Origin: Minisyncoccota bacterium
Lineage (GTDB): Bacteria > Patescibacteriota > Minisyncoccia > Phycocordibacterales > UBA9973
DNA length: 64,000 bases
Assembly: GCA_035510575.1 (NCBI GenBank)
Contig: DATKGV010000004.1
Span: forward strand, 88,419-152,418
Direction: 5' to 3'
Part shown: piece after piece, positions 27,890-36,529 of the stretch
Numbering within the stretch: the first letter of the stretch is position 1
Layout of the letters: the number at the start of each line of letters is the position of its first letter
Made by a program: the position numbers and the translations under genes
Notes under the pieces: generated by a model
What the model saw: the letters and a program-made list of their open reading frames with translations, nothing else
Told to the model about the DNA's origin: nothing
Database searches by the model: none

Positions 27890-28624
27890 TTATTTGTTAG
27901 CAGTTAAAAACTTATTTAACTTGAAAGCATTCGGATGAAATCCTAATCTAATAGTTTGGGCTAATCCTTCCTGGAATTTTGATTGATGACCATTAAACAA
28001 ACTACTTGCTGTATGTTCATCAATATACTCCCAAAATGACTCCAAAACTTTTGGATCAGTTAAACTTTTGTAATAAATTGGAGCTTCTACTTCCACTGAA
28101 GTAAATCCAATTTTATGATGACCCTTACTGTCCGAAGGAGCTGAGGAGATATAAAAGTTACCCATTTTAGATGCATCTGTTTCTTCTCGAAGTTCATGCT
28201 TAACTGTATTTAAGTGGGTATTCTTTAAAATTTCCTTAAACTCTTCTGTCTTTAATGATTTACAATTTTGTAATTTTTTATGTAATTCAGCTGTAAATTC
28301 ATTAAAATACCTATTACGCAAATCCTGATCTTGAGTTGATTTATCAAGGAATTCATATCCTTTATTAAGATTCTCAGCTTCATAAGTAAGAAATACTAAA
28401 TCTCTGTGATCATCATTTTGTTCTAAAAATGAATTAATAGCAAGTAATAAATCTGCAACTCTGAATTTTCCTGCAGGTAATCTTTTTGATGGTTTTTCAA
28501 ATTCATTCTGGTATTTAACAAGAAGAATCTTTGGGTCCTCATTCAAATTAAAAGCTGCAATAGATACAGCATAATTGAGGGTATTTGGATCCTCAACTAA
28601 CGGAATAAAATCTTTGCTTTCCAT
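27890..28624 (-). CDS. AT-rich hypothetical protein, possibly a degenerate Nudix fold
   Basis: KILLVK..RLPAGK and, about 80 aa later, TVKHELREETD; followed by a terminator-like hairpin (about 27848-27884). Confidence 0.5.
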   Translation of the reverse strand: MESKDFIPLVEDPNTLNYAVSIAAFNLNEDPKILLVKYQNEFEKPSKRLPAGKFRVADLLLAINSFLEQNDDHRDLVFLTYEAENLNKGYEFLDKSTQDQDLRNRYFNEFTAELHKKLQNCKSLKTEEFKEILKNTHLNTVKHELREETDASKMGNFYISSAPSDSKGHHKIGFTSVEVEAPIYYKSLTDPKVLESFWEYIDEHTASSLFNGHQSKFQEGLAQTIRLGFHPNAFKLNKFLTANK

Positions 28625-28730
28625 ATTATTTATATTTTAAAATTATTTGGTAAAATAGTAACATATTTAATATAATAAGTCAATAAGCCAAAAACCTAAC
28701 AAATATAAGCTTTTATGCTATTATAGAGAA

Positions 28731-30461
28731 ATGGAAAATAACGAACATTTAGCGCATATTCGCCACTCTTTAGCTCACCTCTTGGGCGCATCCGTGCTTG
28801 AGCTATATCCTGGGTCTAAACTTACCCTCGGTCCTGCCATAGATAACGGCTTTTATTACGATATTGATGTTGCAGGAAAAATAACTGATGCTGATTTGGG
28901 AAAAATTGAAAAAAAGATGCATGAACTGCTGAAAAAATGGACAACTTTTGAAAAGCAAATAATTAACGAAAAGGAAGCAAAAAAAATATTTAAAGGCAAT
29001 GAATATAAAGAAGAACTTATAAATGGCATAGAAGAAAAAGGCGAAGAAATAACCTTATACACTTCCGGAGAATTTACTGATCTCTGCCGCGGCGGGCATG
29101 TGGAGAATATGAAAGAAATAAAACTGGATTCATTCAAGCTTGATCGAGTGGCTGGAGCATATTGGCGCGGAGACGAGAAAAATAAAATGTTGACTCGCAT
29201 TTACGGGCTAGCTTTCGAGACAAAAGAAGAGCTTGAAAATTATTTAAAAATGCGCGAGGAAGCGGAAAAAAGAGATCATAAAAGACTTGGGAAAGAATTA
29301 GGATTATTAATGTTCCATGAGACAGCTCCCGGCATGCCCTACTGGTTGCCAAAAGGCCTGATTATTTATAAAGAACTTGAAAATTATTGGAGAATTGAAC
29401 ATAGTAAGCTTGGATATCAAGAAATTTCTAGTCCCCTTGTAAACAAGGCCGATCTTTGGAAAATTTCCGGCCATTGGGATCATTACAAAGATGATATGTT
29501 TATCGCCGATATGGGAGAAGGTGAAGTTTATGGAATTAAACCGATGAATTGTCCTAATGCAATGATTGTTTTTAAATCAATGCAAATTAGTTATAAGGAC
29601 TTACCTCTTCGTCTTTCGGATACTGACCGTTTGCATAGATACGAACGTTCTGGAACTTTAAACGGACTTTTGCGTTGCAGATCTTTCCAGCAAGATGATT
29701 CGCATAATTATATTTCTGAAGAAATGATTGAATCCGAATACTCTTCTATTATGTCTATATGTAAGAATTTTTACGGAATTTTCGGGCTTGAATATAAGTT
29801 TCGTCTTGGCACACGCCCAGAAAATTTTATGGGTGATATTGAAACGTGGAATAAAGCGGAGGAGGCATTAAAAAGAGTTCTGAATTCCTCAAAGAAAGAA
29901 TATTCTGTAGCAGAAAAAGATGGAGCATTTTATGGACCTAAGATTGATATTATTATGAAAGATGCTCTCGGTCGCGATTGGCAAATGGGAACTATGCAGT
30001 TAGATTTTCAACAACCTAGACGTTTTGAATTGGAATATACGGATAAAGACGGCAAGAAAAAAACTCCAGTCGTTGTTCATAGGGTTATATATGGGTCGCT
30101 TGAGCGTTTTATAGGAATTTTGATAGAGCATTTTGCTGGCGCTTTCCCTGTCTGGCTATCTCCTGTTCAGGTTGCAATTTTGCCGATATCAGAACATCAG
30201 AAAGAGTATGCCGATACTATCTATAAAAAATTAAAAGATTCAGATATAAGAGTAGAATTAGACGATACGAATGAGTCTTTAGGCAAGCGCATTCGCAGCG
30301 CCAAAATGCAAAAAATTCCTTATATCGTAGTCGTTGGAGACAAGGAAAAAGATGCAGAGACAATAACAGTTGAAGGGCGAGTGGAAAAACTGGAAGGAAT
30401 TACTGTAGAAAAATTCTTGGAAAGAATTCAAAAAGAAATAAAAGAAAGAACTTTAAACTAA
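28731..30461 (+). CDS. thrS: Threonine--tRNA ligase (no N-terminal TGS domain)
   Basis: RHSLAHLL, DLCRGGH, KPMNCP, GAFYGPKID, HRVIYGSLERFIG. Confidence 0.98.
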   Translation: MENNEHLAHIRHSLAHLLGASVLELYPGSKLTLGPAIDNGFYYDIDVAGKITDADLGKIEKKMHELLKKWTTFEKQIINEKEAKKIFKGNEYKEELINGIEEKGEEITLYTSGEFTDLCRGGHVENMKEIKLDSFKLDRVAGAYWRGDEKNKMLTRIYGLAFETKEELENYLKMREEAEKRDHKRLGKELGLLMFHETAPGMPYWLPKGLIIYKELENYWRIEHSKLGYQEISSPLVNKADLWKISGHWDHYKDDMFIADMGEGEVYGIKPMNCPNAMIVFKSMQISYKDLPLRLSDTDRLHRYERSGTLNGLLRCRSFQQDDSHNYISEEMIESEYSSIMSICKNFYGIFGLEYKFRLGTRPENFMGDIETWNKAEEALKRVLNSSKKEYSVAEKDGAFYGPKIDIIMKDALGRDWQMGTMQLDFQQPRRFELEYTDKDGKKKTPVVVHRVIYGSLERFIGILIEHFAGAFPVWLSPVQVAILPISEHQKEYADTIYKKLKDSDIRVELDDTNESLGKRIRSAKMQKIPYIVVVGDKEKDAETITVEGRVEKLEGITVEKFLERIQKEIKERTLN

Positions 30462-30464
30462 ATT

Positions 30465-30487
30465 TCCCATAGGTCTGACCTATGGGA
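30465..30487. repeat. REP palindrome (family B) overlapping the second RAYT stop codon
   Basis: tcccataggtc-t-gacctatggga. Confidence 0.9.
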
Positions 30488-31169
30488 TTTGGTCATGGTC
30501 TAAATTAATCCAATTAAAAAGATCATTTATATGAGAATTCTTTAGATATTCAGGTAAAAATTTTTTATTAATAATTTTAATTTCTTTTCTATTTTCTAAA
30601 AAATAATCATAAAAACTGGAGTAGTAGTATTTTTTTAAATATTCTTTCGCTTTATTTTTATCTTTAATTCCCTTTTGTTTCCAGTCTGATTGAATTAATT
30701 TTATAGGGTTTAGATGTATATATGAAAATAAATAATTAAAATAGTTCTCTTCTTTTACAATTTTAGATTTAAATTTTCCTTCAAATAATGATCCAGTACG
30801 ACTATATTTTTTATTAAAGTACATTGCATAAGCAGTAGATAGTTTCCTCATGAATTCAGTAATTGGATTATATTCTTCTTCCCATAGGTCAGACCTATGG
30901 GAAATAACAAATAAATGAAAATGGTTAGGCATTAACACCCAAGCTAGTATAGATACAATAGGTGTTCCTATTTCAAAATCAAAAGCTTCAATTTTGGGAT
31001 TAACTATATTTTCACGAAAAACAAGCTTTCTTTTGGAATTACAGACATAAAGCAATTTAATAAAATGATCATAATCTTCTTTGTCTAAGAAAATATCATT
31101 TTTACCATTTCCACGATTATATAAATGGTAATATTCTTTACAAACTAAATTTTCTACTCTTAATCCCAT
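30480..31169 (-). mobile_element. Second RAYT / Y1 HUH transposase
   Basis: YYHLYNRG, WVLMPNHFHLF, GSLFEGKFKS, YIHLNP, YSSF. Probable ATG at 31169, 6 nt after TATAAT. Confidence 0.9.
30879..30903. repeat. REP palindrome (family B) inside the RAYT coding sequence
   Basis: ttcccataggtc-a-gacctatgggaa; central base inverted relative to the flanking copies; read as SHRSDLWE. Confidence 0.9.
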
Positions 31170-31194
31170 AGTTATATTATATAATAATAGATAC

Positions 31195-31227
31195 AAATCT
31201 CCCATAGGTCTGACCTATGGGAGATTT
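31195..31227. repeat. REP palindrome (family B) upstream of the RAYT gene
   Basis: aaatctcccataggtc-t-gacctatgggagattt. Confidence 0.9.
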
Positions 31228-31263
31228 AGTTAACTTATAAACCAAGAAAAATCTTAAATTAAT

Positions 31264-31584
31264 TTAAGGATTAAAAATTAATATATAACAAAGTATTATC
31301 GGAACAATAAAACTGATAATAAATGCAATTAAATCATACCTCTTACCTTTTTGTCTTGTTTTCAAAAACAAATAAAGAGAAAATATAGGTGAAACTATAA
31401 CAATAATATGGATTATTTTTATAATTTCTATAGCTTTATTAGATGATGAATCCCACTGACCCATCATAACCAAAACTGAAAATATGATTAATAAAATTTG
31501 CAAGAATGGCATACCAACTTCCCAACTACTTGATTGTCGTTTTATACTTTCAACATTTATATTTTTATTATTTTCTTGCTCCAT
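31264..31584 (-). CDS. Small hypothetical membrane protein (3 TM)
   Basis: 106-aa ORF with three hydrophobic stretches; very AT-rich. Confidence 0.55.
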   Translation of the reverse strand: MEQENNKNINVESIKRQSSSWEVGMPFLQILLIIFSVLVMMGQWDSSSNKAIEIIKIIHIIVIVSPIFSLYLFLKTRQKGKRYDLIAFIISFIVPIILCYILIFNP

Positions 31585-31606
31585 AAATATTTATATAGTA
31601 ACTAAT

Positions 31607-33733
31607 TTATATATCCAATTTTGCCATCTTGGCGTGAGATTGAATGAATGCTTTGCGAGGTGGTACTTCTGACCCCATAAGCATATCAAATATCTTACTG
31701 GCCTCTTCAGCATCGTTTATGGCAACCTGCTTTAGAATGCGCTTACTTGGATCCATAGTCGTTTCCCAGAGCTCTTCGGCATTCATTTCTCCGAGACCTT
31801 TGTATCGTTGGACGTGAATTTTAACAGTTTTCTTTCCTTTCTCCTCTCCTGTTTGGGCAGGAAGGTTTTCTTCAACTTCAACTTCCGCAACTTGCTCGCT
31901 ATCATTAGCCGACTCTTGAAGCAATTGCTCGATTGAAGGCGCATCCTTGCCAAGCAGTCGGTCACGCTCTTCATCGCTATACGCATACATAATCTCTTTG
32001 CCTTTTTTAATTTTGAAAAGTGGCGGCTGGGCAATATAAATATATCCAGCATCAAGCAGCGGCCTGAAATAACGATACATGAGAGTAAGAATTAAAGTCG
32101 TAATATGCGCGCCGTCCACGTCGGCATCGGTCGCGATAATTATTTTGTGATAGCGCATTTTTTCAAGATCAAAAGTATCGCCTATGGATGTGCCCATGGC
32201 AATAACCAAATTTTTTATTTGTTCTGACGAAAGCATCCGATCAAGACGAGCCCGTTCAACATTCAGAATTTTCCCGCGAAGCGGAAGTATGGCTTGGGTT
32301 TTCCTATCGCGGCCCATTTTGGCCGTGCCGCCTGCCGAGTCCCCTTCCACGATAAATAATTCTGCGCTTGCCGCATCTTTGACTTGACAATCGGCAAGCT
32401 TGCCGGGCAGCGTCATGCCTTCAAGAGCGCCTTTGCGCAAAACTGAGTCCTTGGCAGCTTTGGCGGCTTTGCGGGCGCGAAGAGCCAGTATGGATTTATT
32501 TATGATTGCCTTGGCCTCATCAGGATTTTCTTCAAGGAATAAAGCAAATGCGTCTCCAAAAACCGTAGCCACGGCGCCTTGAGCTTCAGTGGAGCCGAGC
32601 TTGCCTTTTGTCTGTCCCTCAAACTGAATTTCGCGAAGTTTGACTGACACGACAGCCATCAGGCCTTCCAAAACATCATCTCCCGTAAATCCTCCATCGG
32701 CTTCTTTGACCATATTATTCTTTTTGGCGTATGTATTTAAAATTCTGGTAAGAGCCGTCTTAAAGCCGGTAACATGAGTGCCTCCTTCCTGGTTATAAAT
32801 ATTATTGGCAAACGGCACGATAGTCGCGCTTATGTCATCCACATATTGGAGAGCAACTTCCACTCCCACTCCGTCCTGCTCGCGTTCAACATAAAATACG
32901 CTCTTGTGTATCGGCTTCTGCAATTTATTGTAAAATTTGACTAAAGAAACCAATCCTCCTTCAAAATAAAAAGTTGTTGATGGAACTTCAAGCTCAAGTT
33001 CCCTAAACCAAAATATGTCATTGAAATTTTTCTTCTCTTTGCTGCCTGTAAGCGGATCCCACTCGCGGGCGTCAATTATGTCTATGCGAAGACCTTTCAC
33101 AAGATACGCCTGCTGGCGCAGATGATTGATTATCGTATTCCAATCAAATCTTATCTGCTTGAAAATCTCCTGGTCGGGTTCAAAAGAAATAATAGTGCCA
33201 TGCTCTTTGGAAGAACCGACTTTTTTAACTGCGGCTTTTCTTTTGCCTTGGGAATATTCCTGAACATATTTCCCTCCATTGAGATGAACTTCGGCCTTAG
33301 TGTAAATGGAAAGAGCATTGACTACGGACGCTCCTACGCCGTGCAAGCCGCCGGAAATTTTATAGCCGCTTTTCTCTCCACCAAATTTGCCTCCGGCATG
33401 CAAAGTCGTCATGACTGTTTCAAGAGCTGAGACCTTGGTTTTGGAATGTATGTCAACCGGTATGCCGCGCCCATTATCAGCTACTCTGACAGAATTGCCA
33501 GGCAATAATACAACTTCAATGCGATCACAAAACCCTCCCATGGCTTCATCGCGTGAGTTGTCAAAAATTTCCCAAACTAAGTGATGCAAGCCCTCAATGC
33601 CGGTTGAACCAATGTACATTCCCGGGCGGCGACGAACTGGCTCAAGGCCCTCAAGAACTAAAATTTCATCAGCTCCATATTTGACTGTTTTTTTTCCGCC
33701 GGCTAGCTGATTTTTTTCTTCTTTGTTTACCAT
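31607..33733 (-). CDS. gyrB: DNA gyrase subunit B
   Basis: RRPGMYIG, GGLHGVG, EGDSAGG, PLRGKILNV, TDADVDG, QRYKGLGEM. Confidence 0.95.
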   Translation of the reverse strand: MVNKEEKNQLAGGKKTVKYGADEILVLEGLEPVRRRPGMYIGSTGIEGLHHLVWEIFDNSRDEAMGGFCDRIEVVLLPGNSVRVADNGRGIPVDIHSKTKVSALETVMTTLHAGGKFGGEKSGYKISGGLHGVGASVVNALSIYTKAEVHLNGGKYVQEYSQGKRKAAVKKVGSSKEHGTIISFEPDQEIFKQIRFDWNTIINHLRQQAYLVKGLRIDIIDAREWDPLTGSKEKKNFNDIFWFRELELEVPSTTFYFEGGLVSLVKFYNKLQKPIHKSVFYVEREQDGVGVEVALQYVDDISATIVPFANNIYNQEGGTHVTGFKTALTRILNTYAKKNNMVKEADGGFTGDDVLEGLMAVVSVKLREIQFEGQTKGKLGSTEAQGAVATVFGDAFALFLEENPDEAKAIINKSILALRARKAAKAAKDSVLRKGALEGMTLPGKLADCQVKDAASAELFIVEGDSAGGTAKMGRDRKTQAILPLRGKILNVERARLDRMLSSEQIKNLVIAMGTSIGDTFDLEKMRYHKIIIATDADVDGAHITTLILTLMYRYFRPLLDAGYIYIAQPPLFKIKKGKEIMYAYSDEERDRLLGKDAPSIEQLLQESANDSEQVAEVEVEENLPAQTGEEKGKKTVKIHVQRYKGLGEMNAEELWETTMDPSKRILKQVAINDAEEASKIFDMLMGSEVPPRKAFIQSHAKMAKLDI

Positions 33734-33826
33734 AAAATAATAGAAATGCCTTCTTAATAAGGCCTTTTTCTATGTGTATTATACCAAAATTAACTATAAA
33801 ATGCCAGCATATTTATAAACAATCAC

Positions 33827-35719
33827 TCATCTTATCTGCCAGCCGAGAGACTCTATTTTTTCGCTTATATTTGCCATTATGGCATTAACTTCATTATCAG
33901 TCAGAGTTCGATCAAAGGACTGAAAAACAAGATGAAATGCGTATGATGTTTTGCCTCCTTTGGTGAACTGGTCAAAAAGTTTTGGTTCATTAGCAAGCAA
34001 ATCCGTGCCAAATTCATGATAAATACTTTTTAATTTGTCAGAATTAATTCCTTCCGGCACCCAGACAGCTATGTCGCGGGCAATGAATGGATACAAACTC
34101 CATGGTTTGAAAATTTTAACTTCATCAGAATTTAAATTTTCAGGTCCTCGGATCTCCTCACTGATACTTTGTTTTTTAAAAGAATCAGCTCGGCCAGACC
34201 GTGAAAATTCAAATTCTGATTTCGTTTTTGATGAAGTAAATTTATCCAATGTCATTTCTTTAATTTCTTTTTTGTCAGCATAGGCAACATGAATTTCTTC
34301 CCCGCCCGCATCGCCTTGCGAAGCATGGCGGGCAGGCCTATTTTTAGCAAATATTGTTCCAATTTCAAAAATTTTTATTTCAGAAAGTCCAAGAAGGGGC
34401 ATATTCAATTTATTGAATTCATAGGATTTTTTTATTCCATCAGAAAGATTTGTACGTAGGAATTTCTTATCGCTTGCGCTCGCCAGCACTTCTATGTCGC
34501 CCTTATCGGCAAACGCGTAAGTCATGACCTCTCTATATCCTAAAGAAACAAGGTTTCTTTTAATATGAGATATTTTGATATATGTTTCATTTTCTTTTGG
34601 AATAAAATCAATTTTAGGAATTGATGGCTTAATCTTATCGTATCCAACAATACGTCCGATTTCTTCTACCATGTCTTCAGGAATATTTAAATCTAAGCGA
34701 AGCGAAGGTACTTTTATTTCCCACATATCAGACATGCGGGAAAAATCATAAGAATAATTTTTTAATATTGTTTCTATCTCTCCATTTTTTATATTGCTTC
34801 CAAGTTTTTTATTTATTATCTCTGTTTTAAAAGATAGCTTTTTTTCTATTTGTTTGTGCGGATACATATCTACAATATCTTCAAATTGCGCATCTGGCAA
34901 AAATTCCAAAAGCAGCGCTGAAAGTTCAAGCATGGCAAGATCGCCAAGTGTTGGAGACAGATCGTTCTCAAATCGCTTGGCTGAATCGCTTAAAAGTTCA
35001 AGCCGGCGAGCGGTCTTTCTGACTGCTGCCGGATCAAAGTTGGCAACTTCAAGAACAATTTCTGTCGTGGTATCGCTAATACCGGAATCAGCACCGCCTT
35101 TTACTCCGGCAAGCGCAAGCGATTTCACGCCATCACTAATAACAACATCTGTATCTATAAGCTTAGCTACAATACTATCTCGGCCGACAACAGGCAATTT
35201 TTCGCCATTTTTAGCTTTTGTAATAACGATTTTTTCACCAGAGAGTTTCTTCAAGTCAAAAGCATGGCACGGCTGGCCGCAATCATACATGACAATATTC
35301 GTAGCATCAACTACATTATTAATGCTCCTCTGGCCTATTGATTCCAAATAATTAACTACCCATTCCGGAGAAGGGCCAATTTTAATATTGCGAATGATTC
35401 TTCCCATATAACGGCGGCATTTGTCTGACTGAATGTCTATTTTTAAATTAGTTTCTTTAGATACCTGGGCTTTATACATTGGTTTTGGATCCTTAAATGG
35501 AATTCCAAGCAACCCTGATAACTCAATAGATATGCCTTGGTGGGAAAGCAGGTCATGGGTGCGGTTTGGCAGAATGCCAAGATCAAATATGAAATCGCCG
35601 CCAGGCAGCTTCTCAAAATTTTCAACTTCACAAAGGTGATATGTAAAAATATCCGCCAAACGATGCGGTTCCGGAATATCTGGTATATATGATTTGAGCC
35701 ATTTGTAAGATACTTTCAT
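33827..35719 (-). CDS. pheT: Phenylalanine--tRNA ligase beta subunit (shortened)
   Basis: MKVSYKWL, PNR.DLLSH.G, GQPCHAFD, RLDL..PEDMVEEIGRIVGY, C-terminal RDIA..RTLTD anticodon-binding domain. Confidence 0.95.
   Translation of the reverse strand: MKVSYKWLKSYIPDIPEPHRLADIFTYHLCEVENFEKLPGGDFIFDLGILPNRTHDLLSHQGISIELSGLLGIPFKDPKPMYKAQVSKETNLKIDIQSDKCRRYMGRIIRNIKIGPSPEWVVNYLESIGQRSINNVVDATNIVMYDCGQPCHAFDLKKLSGEKIVITKAKNGEKLPVVGRDSIVAKLIDTDVVISDGVKSLALAGVKGGADSGISDTTTEIVLEVANFDPAAVRKTARRLELLSDSAKRFENDLSPTLGDLAMLELSALLLEFLPDAQFEDIVDMYPHKQIEKKLSFKTEIINKKLGSNIKNGEIETILKNYSYDFSRMSDMWEIKVPSLRLDLNIPEDMVEEIGRIVGYDKIKPSIPKIDFIPKENETYIKISHIKRNLVSLGYREVMTYAFADKGDIEVLASASDKKFLRTNLSDGIKKSYEFNKLNMPLLGLSEIKIFEIGTIFAKNRPARHASQGDAGGEEIHVAYADKKEIKEMTLDKFTSSKTKSEFEFSRSGRADSFKKQSISEEIRGPENLNSDEVKIFKPWSLYPFIARDIAVWVPEGINSDKLKSIYHEFGTDLLANEPKLFDQFTKGGKTSYAFHLVFQSFDRTLTDNEVNAIMANISEKIESLGWQIR
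34124..34220 (+). repeat. In-frame hairpin insertion in pheT (GTCCTCGG...CCAGAC family, antisense orientation)
   Basis: Arms atcagaatttaaattttca / tgaaaattcaaattctgat (18/19) around ggtcctcggatctcctc...ggccagaccg. Confidence 0.88.
34301..34336 (-). repeat. 36-nt in-frame palindromic insertion in pheT (PARHASQGDAGG)
   Basis: cctgcccgc-N18-gcgggcggg; sister of 6565..6600. Confidence 0.8.
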
Positions 35720-35724
35720 AATTA

Positions 35725-36498
35725 TTAAAATTGATTCAAACGAAGATCTCCTTGATAAAAAATTCTGACATCGGGAATATTCCAGCGAATCATCGCTATG
35801 CGGTCAAGGCCTCCGCCAAAAGCGAAACCTTGAACTTTTCCCGGATCAAGACCCGCATTGCGAAGAACATTCGGATGAATCATTCCTCCTCCCATCATTT
35901 CAAGCCATCTGCCATTAAATTTGGCATGAACTTCAACGGACGGTTCGGTAAACGGGAAAAAGCTCGGTCTGAATTCTATTTCCACATCTTCTCCGAGAAC
36001 TTTTTTATAAAATTCAATAAGTATGCCTTTTAAGTTGGCAAGATTAATATCTTTTCCAATCATTACGCCGTCAACTTGATAGAACTGCATTTCATGGGTA
36101 ATATCGGTCGCTTCATTGCGGAATACTTTTCCGACAGAAATAAAAGCTCCTGTATCTTTGCCTTCCTTTGCCAATCTTTCAAGCATGCGTATAGAAACGC
36201 TTGTGGTGTGAGTGCGAAGCACCAAATTAGAAGCAGAAAAAGAAGTTTTTTCGCGGTCTGGTGAACCAACCCGAGGACCCGAAAAAACTTCTTTTTCTGC
36301 TGGAGATTTAATCCAAAAAGTATCCTGCATATCGCGGGCAGGATGATCTTTGGACACATTTAAAGCATCAAAGTTATACCATTCTGTTTCAAGCTCAGGA
36401 CCCATGGCAATTTCAAATCCAAGTTTTGAGAATACAGAATATGTTTCTTCTTGAAGCAAAGTTAACGGATGCAAACTTCCCTTTGGTATATCTTCCAT
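35725..36498 (-). CDS. pheS: Phenylalanine--tRNA ligase alpha subunit (N-terminal arm absent)
   Basis: GSLHPL, NFDALN..DHPARDMQDTF, FRPSFFPFTEPS, GFAFG.GLDR. Confidence 0.96.
   Translation of the reverse strand: MEDIPKGSLHPLTLLQEETYSVFSKLGFEIAMGPELETEWYNFDALNVSKDHPARDMQDTFWIKSPAEKEVFSGPRVGSPDREKTSFSASNLVLRTHTTSVSIRMLERLAKEGKDTGAFISVGKVFRNEATDITHEMQFYQVDGVMIGKDINLANLKGILIEFYKKVLGEDVEIEFRPSFFPFTEPSVEVHAKFNGRWLEMMGGGMIHPNVLRNAGLDPGKVQGFAFGGGLDRIAMIRWNIPDVRIFYQGDLRLNQF
36232..36301 (-). repeat. In-frame hairpin insertion in pheS (GTCCTCGG...CCAGAC family)
   Basis: 22-bp perfect arms agcagaaaaagaagttttttcg / cgaaaaaacttctttttctgct around ggtcctcgggttggttcaccagaccg. Confidence 0.9.
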
Positions 36499-36529
36499 AA
36501 TTAAAATAATAGCATTTTAAGGCCTTTTT

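Noticed and set aside
33695-33711. Decayed ccgcc-N-ggcgg element in the gyrB N-terminus (QLAGG)
   Set aside because: Three mismatches in 15 nt; indistinguishable from chance.
33743-33771. Terminator between pheT and gyrB
   Set aside because: It lies downstream of a minus-strand TATAAT (about 33778-33783), so it is more likely a gyrB leader hairpin; the stem is weak.
17737-36301. Self-splicing introns, ribozymes or inteins as the explanation for the coding inserts
   Set aside because: Frames are open through all inserts, the core occurs in both orientations, and no group I/II or intein terminal motifs are seen. Not formally excluded.
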